This document shows positions 29,711 through 41,348 of a stretch of DNA of 64,000 bases, piece by piece. Each line of letters opens with the position of its first letter. Position 1 is the first letter of the stretch. A model generated the notes under the pieces. The model saw only the letters and a list, made by a program, of their open reading frames with translations. It was not told where the DNA came from and did no database searches. Source of the stretch: the human T2T-CHM13v2.0 reference genome, Homo sapiens; the NCBI RefSeq assembly GCF_009914755.1, contig NC_060937.1, one strand, 5' to 3'. A program made the position numbers and the translations under genes.

Positions 29711-32193
29711 TAGGCTTTATATTTCCTCTGAGATCTAATGCTGAACAAGGTTGGAGGTGGTTACTGTTGAAAAGGAAAAAATAAATATTACATGTTTATC
29801 TAAAACAAAAGATAAATGAAAAACACTAAAAGTATATCTTTATATCCCGTACATTTCATTTTTATTTAATTTTGTTTCCTACATATTTTCAGTCTTTCAT
29901 TTAATTTAATCGTGTTAGATTTTTATTTTAAAAAGACTATCAGATGATAGCATTTGTTTCTTGAAAATTATTATCTAGTGTATTTTTTCCAGAAATTACA
30001 ATTTATACTACCTAATAGAAACACTCTTTGAGTAGAATATTTTCACATTAATGTAAGTATAAATTGTTTTACATGAAACAGTGGCAAGCAATAAAATTCT
30101 AGTGTTACTTTAATGTATCACAACATTAAATTTTTCTCTCTGATTTCACAATGCAACTTACAATTATATAAAAAGGAATATTTAAAATGATTTTTGTATT
30201 AAAATAATGTCAAGGGTTTTTATTTTATAATAAGTATAATGAGATTAAGCAATAACAAAAATATATGAGATACTAAACCTGGTGTGTAGGTTCAGAAGAA
30301 TAAAGAAGATAAAGGGAGGTGGAATTCACACACTGTAGTACATAGCATTACTACAGAAATAAACAGAAGATAAAGATACCAGTGGATATAAAGTAAACGA
30401 TGGGAATAAGCTCACCACATGACCTTAATGGATATAATTAAATCTCTCACAAAGGTTGTTGCTTTATATGTAAAATCTATTGTAAATATAGGTAAGATAT
30501 AATGCATACACACATATATACACATATGTATTTAATATGCCAGTCAACATTATGAAACACATTCTTTCACAATATAGTACTGCTAAAGCTTCACTAAGGA
30601 ATGCATGTAGGATAAGACCCCTCCCACCTTAGCAGTTCCTATCTTCCTTTTGTTGCTCTTTTTGTTTTCCAAAGCATTTTTATTACTCTTCCAACATACG
30701 ATACAATTTACTTGTGTGCTTTCATTATTACTCACTCCTCCATGTAGAATTTATGTGCCAAGAGCTTACAAAGTAAATGTTCAATTAGTATTTGTTGAAT
30801 AAATGCATATTGTCATTTCACTCAGTTAGTCTTGGATCTATGCTTACTATGTGCCTATATTACTCTCCTGCCTTAACATTGCCTATCATTCTATTAAATT
30901 GAGAACGGTAAAATGAATTTTGTATGTAAAAGTAAAATATAAAATATATTGTACATATACATATATACGCAATTACTTATGTATAAAATATATATAATTT
31001 TATAAATATATTAGGTATTACCAAATATTTAATTGTTTTCTAATTACCTAGAGTGAAATGAACAAAATTCATCCCTCATATTTTTAAATAAAAAGAAGTA
31101 ATGACTATAGTAAAAGCAGATGTCTTGGCCAGGTATTTGCAGAATTCTAATGAAATCACCACTTACTTTGTATGTACTTAATTGTCAGTTTTAAAAGAGC
31201 AGGATGAAAGGCCTCACACAACACCCTCCATTTAGGAAACTTATTGAAATTGATGTCCATTTACTTGGAGGAATTACATTAACTATATTATAAAAGGGAT
31301 CACAGAATTATGTTAAGAATTATTTCCAACTGCTTACTCTTAATTGATTCTATATTAGAAATGGAAAATAAAGAGGACAGAAACACCATCCAACATTTTA
31401 CCAATTAGACTATACTATCCAAGAGAAAATTAAAAACACTCATTTCTTTTATGTTTCTTATCCATTGTAAGTAGTATTAGCATTCAGACATTCAAAACCA
31501 GCAGTCAAATAATTCTTTATATTTAATATGAGACATAGAGCTTTTTGAAAGCTCTTATGACAAATCAAAAATACCAACTAAATTCTTGCCAACAAAATAT
31601 TAATTTTTAAATGTTTGGGAAAATATTCCCCACCTGCTTTTCTAAAAGTGCTACTACCTCATGGAAAATTAGCATTTTGTAAGGTGTTAGCCTTTAAACG
31701 TATATATTTTGATCAAATAATTCAGAAAATTTCAGATGAAGCATATTTAAATAAATCAATTACAGAATTTTTCACATGTTATCACAAATTTACTTGCTGT
31801 AATTGCCCTGACTACACACACAGAGACACAAAGCACACACACACACAAACGCTCATGTGTGCGCACATGCCAGGATCACTTATCTTAAGGTACACTTGTG
31901 TTTCAAGAACTGCAGCATCAGAATAAACATCATCAAAATCACACATTGTTTCATTGTTATAATTTCTATGGAACTCTGGCTTAAGCCAAGGAGAGTTTTT
32001 TAGGATGACAAATATTAAAGTGCAGTAGTTTGCACAGTGTCTTATCATTATTTTATTTGAGAACTAGACTAAAATAATGGAATTTGAATTATAGTAGAAA
32101 AAATTTTAAGTGGTTATAATGAAAAATTACTGAAAGTCATTGTTTACAATTGGTATCAACAGGGCTTATATAGATTTTTTTAAATAGGACTTT

Positions 32194-33682
32194 TAAAACT
32201 TTTGTTTCAGGGGTACATGTGCAGGTTGGTTCTATAGATAAACCGCAGGGGTTTACTCTACACACTATTTTGTCACACAGACAAAAAACATAGTACCCAA
32301 TTGATAGTTTTTTGAGCCTCACCCTCCTCCTACCCTCCATCCTCAAGTAGGACCTGGTGTCTACTGTTTGCTTCTTTGTGTCCATGTGTACTCAGTGTTT
32401 AGCTCCCACATATAAGGGAGAACATGAGGTGTTTGATCTTCTGTTCCTGCATTAGTTCACTTAGGATAATGGTCCCCAGCTTCATCCATGTTACAGCAAA
32501 GGATATTATTTCATTCTTTTTTATGTCTGTGTAGTATTCCATGGCATATATGTACCACATTTCCTTTACCTGTTCTACCATTGTTGGGCTTCTAGGTTGA
32601 TCTGCTATTGTGAATAGTGCTGTGATGAACATACTCATGCATGTGTCTTTATCATAGAATGATTTATATTCCTTTGAGTATATACCCAGTAGTGGGATTG
32701 CTGGGCTGAATGAGTTGTTTTAAGTTCTTTGGGAAATTTCCAAACTGCTTCCTATTCTACAGTGGCTTAACTAATTTATATTTCCACCAGAAGTGTATAA
32801 GTATTCCTTTTTCTCTGCAGCTTCATCAACATCTATTTTTTGACTTTTTAATACCGGCTATTCTGATTGGTATGAGATGATATCTCATTGTAGTTTTGAT
32901 TTGCATTTCTCTAATGATTAGTGACACTAAACATTGCTTCATATGCATGTTGGCCACATTTATGTCTTCTTTCAAGAAATGTCTGTTCGTGTTCTTTACC
33001 CACTTTTTAATGGGGTTGTTTATTTTTTGCTTGTTAATTCAAGTTCCCTATAGATTCTGGATATTGGTCCTTTGTCAGATGCATAGTTTGCAAATATTTT
33101 TTCACATTCTGTAGGCTGTATATTTACTCTGTTGATAGTTTCTTTTGCTGAGCAAGAAACCCTTTAGTTTAATTAGGTCCAATTTGTTAATTTTTGTTTT
33201 TGTTGCAATTGCTTTTGGTGTCTTCATTATAAAATCTTTGCCAGGGCCTACGGCTAGAATGGTTTTTCATAGCTTTTCTTCAGAGGTTTGTTTTAGGTTT
33301 TACATTTAAGTAAACCAAGTTTTAGGTTTTACATTTAAGTCTTTAATCTTCAATCTTGAGTTGATTTTTGTATATGGTAAAAGGAAGAGGTCCAGTTTAA
33401 ATCTGCATATGGCTACTTATCCCAGCACCATTTACTGAATAGGGAGTCCTTTCTGCTTTGCTTATTTTCATCAACTTTGTTGAAGGCCAAATGGTTGTAG
33501 TGTGTGGCTTTATTTCTGAGTTCTCTCTTCTCTTCCACTAGTCTGTGTGTTTATTTTTATATTGGTACCATGCTGTTTTGGTTACTGAAGCCTTGTAGTA
33601 TATTAATAGTTTGAAGTCAGGCAATGTGATGCCTCCAGCTTTGTTCTTTTTGCTTAGGTTTGCTTTGGCTATTCAGGCTCTA
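32194..33682 (-). mobile_element. 5'-truncated L1PA15/16-like LINE-1
   Basis: 3' UTR gggtacatgtgcagg...cctcaccctcctcctaccctccatcctcaagtagg; ORF 32399-32638 (MWYIYAMEYY..IKKNEI) is the ORF2 C-terminus; TSD aaata(g/a)gacttt at 32182-32193 and 33683-33694. Confidence 0.92.
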
Positions 33683-33749
33683 AAATAAGACTTTGAAGAT
33701 GTAAGTGATGATAATACTGACTTTTGGCTATTTTTCTTAGAGAAAAGGG

Positions 33750-34390
33750 AAATTTTCTACATGGATGGATGACACACTTATATATGTGGCTAAGGGGCTT
33801 GTACAAGAAAGCTGTTTTCAGCAATGTGTATAACAATAAAAAAATTGGAAACTTTATGTTTTAATCACCATAAAAATGGAGATACACATGACCAAATTTT
33901 AACAAAATGGAATATTATAGAGCATAGCTACATTTTTCACCATTAAGAAAGCTCACATATAAAATGAGCAAAAAATTGTTTTATATTTGCTATTGTGAAT
34001 AGTGCTGTGATGAACATACTCATGCATGTGTTTCATTCACCATATATGAATATACATAATGATTTTATTATAGTTTTAAAGCATGCAAAATAATGCCATA
34101 TATATTTTGCATGCTTTAAAAATATATATGCAATATATAATGGATATATAATATACATTATTAATTGTAAAAACATATAAACACCAAATTAGGGATGATG
34201 GATACCTGTTGGAAGGGAGGGAAATGCAATTAGGGAAGAATAAACCAAGGGCCTCAATTATATTTGTAATATTTTATTTCCTATGTTGTGTGGTAGTTAA
34301 TGCGGTGGTTAATGAACTCAGATGTTCATTAAATAAATATATAATCATCTTTTTATTTTGTCTGAAATATGTAAAATTTAATAAAATACA
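33750..34390 (+). mobile_element. Old L1ME 3' fragment
   Basis: cttgtacaagaa...aaaaattggaaac...aatggaatattat...aaacaccaaattagggatgatgg...gggagggaaatg. Confidence 0.6.
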
Positions 34391-34864
34391 AAGGCTGCTT
34401 GGTGATGTTTGTCTTAGGGAAGAGGAATACAATGAAAAATCTTTCAATGATATGGCATATCCAATATTTTGATGAAATTAAAACAATTGATTTTCATTAA
34501 GCTAACAATTCCTTTTTTAACAACAAAAAATAATATTTCATTCTTCACTTATCATGTCCCCTCAGTTCTCTCTGCTTGGGCTTTCATTTCCACTACTATA
34601 TTGAAACTATCTCTATCAAGGTCATTAACTTGTGTAAATTTATGGTCAGTTCTTTGCTTTTACATGAGTTAACATTCCAACAGCATTTAAGACACTCATG
34701 TCTTTGAAACATTTTGAACCCTGTCTTCTCTGTAATTCAACGAGTATTCATCTTGCCACAATGGCCAATCCTTCTTCTTTACTGGTTCCCCATGTTCTAA
34801 ACTGGTCTGGAGTTCACACGTGACCTCCATTTGGCCAAATTCAATAGTTAATTCGGTTCTAATC

Positions 34865-35356
34865 TGTAATAGTTAATTTTATGTGTCAACTTGTCTGGGC
34901 AATGATGCAATGTCCCAATACATGGTTAAGTATTATTTTGGGGTGTTTCTGCTGGAAGAAATTAGCATTTGAATCTCCTAATTACATAAAACAATTTGCT
35001 GTCCCCCAGTGTGGATAGGCATCGGTGAATTCATTGAGTGCCTACATATTTTTTTAAAGGGCAAAGAAAGGAAGAATTCTTTCTCTCTGCTTTACTGCTT
35101 GAGTTGAGACACTGATCTTCTGTCCGTTGACTGGGACTCACACTAATGGCCTTCAGAATCAGCCTAGAACTACGTCTCCAGTTTTTCTAGGTCTCCAGTT
35201 TGCATATAATACAGCATGATACTTCTCAGCCTCCATAATCTCATGAGCCAATTTCTTATAAGTCTCTTTATATATGTCTATGTCTACATCTATCTATATC
35301 TATATCTATATCTATATATTTTGATTCCATTTCTCTAGAGAAACCTTACTAATAAC
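34865..35356 (+). mobile_element. MLT2-family (ERV-L) solo LTR
   Basis: Starts tgtaatagttaattttatgtgtcaacttg; has acttctcagcctccataatc...gagccaatttcttata and a (TATC) tract; ends tttctctagagaaaccttactaata. Confidence 0.88.
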
Positions 35357-36247
35357 TTTATTTGATTGATCAGTAACACTTACCATAGTGAATCACTACC
35401 TTCTCCTCAAGGTAATTTTTCACTTGGCTTTCAAGATAACATACATTTATGGTTTTTCCTCCTGCCTTATTGCCAGGTTCTTCTTATCATTCCACACTGG
35501 CTTCTCTTCATCTCCCTAATATCCCGGACTATGCGCTCATTTCTTTATACTCCCTCTCGAGGTGTCCTAACCAATCTCATGGTTGTATATGCCATCTGTA
35601 AGCTGATGGCTCTATACTCTATGCTGATGATTCTCAAATCTACATCTCCAATTGTGACTTCCCAAAGACTAATATATACTATTACCTATATGACATTTCC
35701 ACTTTGACATCTAGCAACCCTGTTCAATTAATGGGACATACACTGAATATTTTACTTCAGTGACCAAAATGGAATTGTCTCCCTCAACCTCTGTACAGCT
35801 TTTCCCAGATGTCATCCCTATCTCCACATATGGGGCCACCATCTGCCCATACCTCAAGCCAGCCATTTGTAGGCATCTTTGATTCCCCTTTTTTCTTTCA
35901 AACTTCACTTCTCATTTAAAGGCAAGTCCTTTCAGTTCTGCTTCCAAAAAATATTCTGAATCTGACTGCTTTTTACCAACTGTACTACCTCAGCTCCAAT
36001 TCAAGTTACCAAAATTATCCCTTGAATAACTGAGAGAGACAGCATTGTAAAAGTCTCTCACTTTTCACTCTTCAATTTTGCACAGAATGCCAGTGTTAAC
36101 TCTCTAAATCATGAACCAAATCACATCTCTCCTGTATTTAACATCATCTAATAAATCCTTATTATATTTAGAATAAAATCACAATGCTTTACCATGACCT
36201 TAGGCCTTACATGATCTGGTTCCTAACTCACCACATAGTTCTACACT

Positions 36248-36621
36248 TGTATTACTCCCTTCTCATGCTGCTAAAAGGACATACCTGAGACTGGATAATT
36301 TATGAAAGAAAGAGGTTTCATTGACTCAGTTCCACAGGGCTGGGGAGGCCTCAGGAAACTTACGATCATGGCAGAAGCAGAAGCAAACATGTCCTTATTC
36401 ACAAGGTGGCAAGAGAGAGAAGAATGAGAAGAATAAAGGGGGAAGCCCCTTATAAAACCATCAGATCTCGTGAGGGCTTATTCATCGTCACAAGAATAAC
36501 ATGGGGGAAACCACCCCTATGATTCAATTACCTCCCACCAGATCCCTCCCACAACACGTGGGGATTATGGGAACTACAAAGCAGGATGAGATTTGGGTGG
36601 GGACACAGCCAAACCATATCA
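36248..36621 (-). mobile_element. THE1C/D solo LTR
   Basis: TG...CA termini with perfect 5-bp TSD acact (36243-36247, 36622-36626); ggcctcaggaaacttacgatcatggcagaag...ggggacacagccaaaccatatca. Confidence 0.95.
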
Positions 36622-37034
36622 ACACTCAACCCACAAGAGCTTTTTTTCTGTCCTTTTAAACCTCTAAGCTTGTTTCCTTCTCAGTCCCTTTACCCTACTC
36701 CTCCTCAGGTCCATCCTATTCTCTCACTCAGATCTTTACGTGGCTGTCTTCTTTCACCAGTCAAATTTCATTTTCAAGGTCTCCTCCTCAGAATAGTCTA
36801 CTATGAGCCCCCAACTACAGAATCCCCCATTGCTTTACATCACATTAACATCTTTTATTTTCAGATGCAATAGATTTTCATCTGAAATTATCTTTTTTTG
36901 TACATTCTTTGCTTATTTCTTACACTAGAATATAATCTCTTTGAGAGGAAGGACTTTTCAGTTTCATTTGCCAATGAATCTTCATTACCTAGAAAAGTGC
37001 ATGGCACAAAACAGATGCTTAACACATATTTGTT

Positions 37035-37105
37035 TTTTCTTTTCCAAATTTTAAGATTCACGGGGTACATGTGCAGGTTTGTTATGTGTGTGTGATGCTG
37101 AGGTG
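37035..37105 (-). mobile_element. About 70-bp L1PB-like 3' end insertion
   Basis: agattcacggggtacatgtgcaggtttgtta...gtgatgctgaggt flanked by an 18-bp TSD with 2 mismatches (37017-37034, 37106-37123). Confidence 0.75.
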
Positions 37106-37278
37106 GCTCAACAAATATTTGTTGACTGACTGACTGAACATTCTCACAAGTTACCAGGTGAGTAAATCATTTAATCTCATTTACTTTTGGGGTATTTTCT
37201 TTACTTTTAGTAGTCATGTGTTGGTCCTAGGGGCTTAACAGATATTAACAGAGTCTTTCAACCTTCAGTATATACTGG

Positions 37279-37807
37279 CATGGTAGCCAGACTACGAGAT
37301 GGTCTCTAATGATTCTTATCTTCTGCAATTTATACCTTTGTAGAATACTCTCCCACATTGTATCAGAGATGGTCTATGTGACCAACATAACATGGCAGAA
37401 TTGACATTGTATGACCTCTAAGGCAAATCACAAAAGCCACTTTCACCTTGAATCACTCATTCTGTGGAAAGCCAGCCATCATGTCATGAAAATCCTTAAG
37501 CAGCCTCTATGGAGAGGTCCATGTGTTAAGGAACTGAAGAGCTTCTGGCCAACAGCCAGCAACAATTTATATCCATATGAATAAGCCATCTTAAAAGCAG
37601 ATCTTCCAGCTCCCATCAAGTCTTCATATGACTGCAACTCTGTACAACATCTTGGCTGCAACTTCATAAGAGACCCAGGGCCAGAACCTCCCAAGGAAGG
37701 TCCTCGTTAATTCTTAATTAACAGATATTGTATGAGACAAGTGTTTATTGCTGTTTTATGCAGGTAAGCTTGGAGGTTATTATAATACAGCAATAGGTAA
37801 CTAATAG
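37279..37807 (+). mobile_element. MLT1F-like MaLR LTR
   Basis: tggtagccagact...ggaaagccagccatcatgtcatga...cagcctctatggagaggtccatgtg...gaactga...ggccaacagccagc...cagcaataggtaactaata. Confidence 0.88.
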
Positions 37808-38139
37808 GACTGGTCTCCACTGATATTTTCATTTCCAAGTCCCCAAATGTATTTGAAAGTGAGAAATAATATGTGAATAACCACCTTATGCTGCTTCCAT
37901 GCCTTTTCCCCCTATTTGGCTTACTGCTCCGTCTTAAAATGTTAAGTCACTCTTTCTTGCAATCCCTGTACCTCAGTGAACCTAGGATATCGCAATTAAG
38001 AGACAAGAAAAGAGGGTCTTCTGGGTGTCTAATAACTTTGCCTTCAGCTCTGTAGCACAATGCTACTCAGCCATAATTTAAAAGGTTGGCTAGTTTCTTG
38101 GGAAGGAAAAAAGAAAAAAAATCATATGTTCAAAAGAAT

Positions 38140-38275
38140 CTGCATATGTAGAATGGAAATAAGAATAGTACTCACTTTATAGATGCTTAGAAAGGAACAA
38201 ATGAGAGAATACACATAAAGCTGTTAGCATAATGACTGATCCATGGTTAGTGCTAAACAACTATTGGCTATTTTT
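38140..38275 (+). mobile_element. MIR fragment
   Basis: tgtagaatggaaataagaatagtactcac...aaatgagagaatacacataaagctgttagcataatgactg. Confidence 0.6.
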
Positions 38276-39539
38276 ATTGACTTTTATGTTACCTGGCTCC
38301 TTTTTTTATTTGAATAGGCTTTTAATTCACTAAAATAGATTAGTGAAAATAGTATATTATAAACTCCTAACACTACACAATAGCTGATGATTTATATGAG
38401 AGAAATGTTTTTTAAAACCTGTTATCATAAATTGAGAATAGACTTTTCAATACATACATATTCAGAGAAAAAAAATTAGACTGAAAATTAACCAAGGGCT
38501 ATGTTATCTAAATTATAATAAGAGATTGTCATCTTAACATATTGAAAACTAGAGAGGGATGAGCAAGAGACTAAAAATGTAGTAAGAAAGTAAAAGCAGC
38601 AAGAGATTCACTTGAATGTCATTATCTTATTGCCTTTTGGAACTAAAAATGTATTGTTTCTCATATAAAGCAAAGCACTGAAAACTATTTGGCAGCAAGG
38701 TTATTATTTCACATATAATTACATCTCGTACGGAGGTACACTGGCAGACATGCGGTGGCTAAATTGTCCATTTTCAACTGGAAAAAAGAAATGCAGTTCT
38801 TTTTTCACTTACATTAGCCAAGAAGACAGCCGCCCACAGGAAGAGATAAAGACTTATTTGACACTAGATCTATAACCAATGATTTTAGTTATCACTTGAA
38901 ATTAGTGAGAATTTTGAAATAGGCTTAAGAATTTTTGAAGAGCAATTTGGCACCACAGTGTAACAGCAGATGAAATGCAAAAGTTAAAAAAAATTAAATA
39001 AATAAATAAAAAAGAAAGAAAAATGAAGAGAAAATGCGATTTTCATGTTTTGACTGTGTTTAGATTTAGGAGTTTCTAAAATAGGATTTCTCTTAGGCAG
39101 ATAATCTCTGAAAACACAGATGTACTAATTTACCATTTTTGAAAATAAATTAAGCATTTGATTAAATTATCTTCTATATAAACATATTAGATAAATCTTG
39201 AGTCAATGAATATAATAAAACATTATCCAGGGTGCCAACAACTAAGAGGATTATTTATAAAAGTCAGACAACTAAATTCTAACCCTCTCAGCTGCCTATT
39301 CTGAATATTTATTAAGTCATCAGAAGAGTTCTGGTAATCACAATTTTAGATGAGTATGGTCTGCAGATATGTATAATATAGATATAATACCAAATGTTTA
39401 TACACTTGAAAAATTGGAGAAAATGTTACCATCTGAATTCCTCTTAGGGATAACTCATAGCTCTATGAAATAAATACTTATGTTAACCAAAGTATGGAGT
39501 GTAATGTTCCTAAGCATATTCAAGTTACAAAAATGTGCC

Positions 39540-39757
39540 AAATAGGGTGGCTATGGTCAATCAATGTACATTTTAAAATAATTTAGAGTGTAATTGGACT
39601 GTTTGTAACTCAAAAGATGAATGCTTGAGGGGGTAGATACCCCATTCTCCACGATGTGCTTATTTCACATTGCATGTCTGTATCAAAACATCCCATGTAC
39701 CCCATAAATATACACACATAATTTGTAGCCACAAAAATTTTAAAAATAATAATAATA
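39540..39757 (+). mobile_element. L1MA 3' end fragment
   Basis: aatagggtggctatggtcaa...aatgcttgagggggtagataccccattctcc...tgtatcaaaacatcccatgtaccccataaatataca; degenerate TSD tacaaa..tgtgc. Confidence 0.88.
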
Positions 39758-40903
39758 AAGTACAAATGTGCTTATAAGTGGCTATGTATGCAATATGGAG
39801 AAGAGAGGAATTTTTCCCCTTTTGAGGCTGAGAGAAAAGAAAAGAAATAGAGATGATGGGAACAGAGACTGGAACTAAGGAGAGGGGAAGATGGCTCAGT
39901 TAGGTCAAACATACAAAATGTTGAGTGTGCATATGTGTGTGTGTGTGCACATGAATTGTTAAAATATTTTATTTTCAAAGATAAGAGAGCATGCAGCAGA
40001 AAGGATTTCAAGGACATAAGCCCTCAAGAAGTCTCAGGAATCATGGATAAGGATCAATTTGGGCATTCTCAGGTCCTAGAACTGAGTTTGGGGTAAATTC
40101 GCTTTGCTCTTCAACGAACAGAGAGATACTAATCAACTACACTGTGCCTGTTGCTTGGTAAATTGTTCCTTCCTTTATGCTTATGATCTCCCATCATTAA
40201 GTAAACAATGTTTGTATTAGTTGGGCTTCCGAACTCACCTTTTTTTAATTCTATGAGTTTTCACTGTATAATTGATGTCATAATTATATAGTAAACCACT
40301 GAAAGGAACTTTTAAAATATAAAAGACTTCGGGGAAGAAAATGAAAGTGTAGGCAATAAGCAAGTAAACATAAGAAGGATAAGAGAACACAGAGTGAGCA
40401 TGTTGAATAAATTCACTCTAATTTTGTGCTTGCTCTCCTATGAGATTACCTTTTCCTCCAAAAATCTTCAAATTCCCAACTGTTCACATTTTCGTGATCA
40501 CTTTTATTCAGAGTTCTGATTTTTGCTGACCTGTCTGGCTTTTCACAGTTTGCATACACTATTCACAAACCTGGCTGTGAAAGAATCCCTTTTCGGGATT
40601 CTGGACAGGTGAGTATATATGTGTAAAGCATATAAGTACAGAAAATTTTACTGAAGGTTTGTGGTAATATGAGCATAAAATTTCAGAACCACACAGCAAA
40701 TGTCTTACCATAACATATTAATACAACATCCTTGATCACCAAGAATTTTCACCACCTGTTCTTTCATTAGCCATCCTGACCCTTGCTCAGAGGGCCTTTC
40801 TCTTCATCCTCTGTACCTTATCATCTACTCTTTGCTCTTTCTCCCTTAAATTAATCTCCGTTTCTTACATGGAGAAGGCTATCTTTTTGTTTTAGAATCT
40901 CTC

Positions 40904-41348
40904 TGTATTAATCCATTCTCACACTGCTATAAAGAACTGCCCATGGCTGGGTGCAGTGGCTCACACCTGTAATCCCAGCACTTTGGGAGGCCCAGGTGGG
41001 CAGATCATCTGAGATCAGGAGTTCGAAAGTAGCCTGGCCAACATGGAGAAACCCCATCTCTACTAAAAATACAAAAATTAGCCAGGTGTGGTGGCACGTG
41101 CCCGTAATCCCAGCTACTTAGGAGGCTGAGGCAAGGGAATCACTTAAACCCTGGGGGGCGGAGGTTGCAGTGAGCTGAGATCGCGCCGTGGCACTCCAGC
41201 CTGGGTGACTGAGTGAGACTCCATCTCAAAACAAAAAACAAAAGACATAAACCCAAAACAAAACAGATAAGAACTGCCTGCGACTGGGTAATTTATAAAG
41301 AAAAGAGGTTTAATTGACTCACAGTTCAGCATGACTGGGGAGGCCTCC
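40904..41348 (-). mobile_element. Truncated THE1/MST LTR split by an Alu
   Basis: tgtattaatccattctcacactgctataaagaactgcc [Alu] aagaactgcctgcgactgggtaatttataaagaaaagaggtttaattgactcacagttc. Confidence 0.85.
40945..41268 (+). mobile_element. Full-length AluS element
   Basis: Complete dimer with A-rich tail; TSD aagaactgcc at 40932-40941 and 41269-41278. Confidence 0.97.

Larger units (their letters stand above)
34540..37135 (+). mobile_element. L2 LINE, interrupted by MLT2, THE1 and a mini-L1
   Basis: tgaaactatctctatcaaggtca...cacttggctttcaagataac...tatgctgatgattctcaaatctacatctcc...tttagaataaaatc...cactagaatataatctctttgagaggaaggac...gcatggcaca...tatttgttgactga. Confidence 0.8.
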
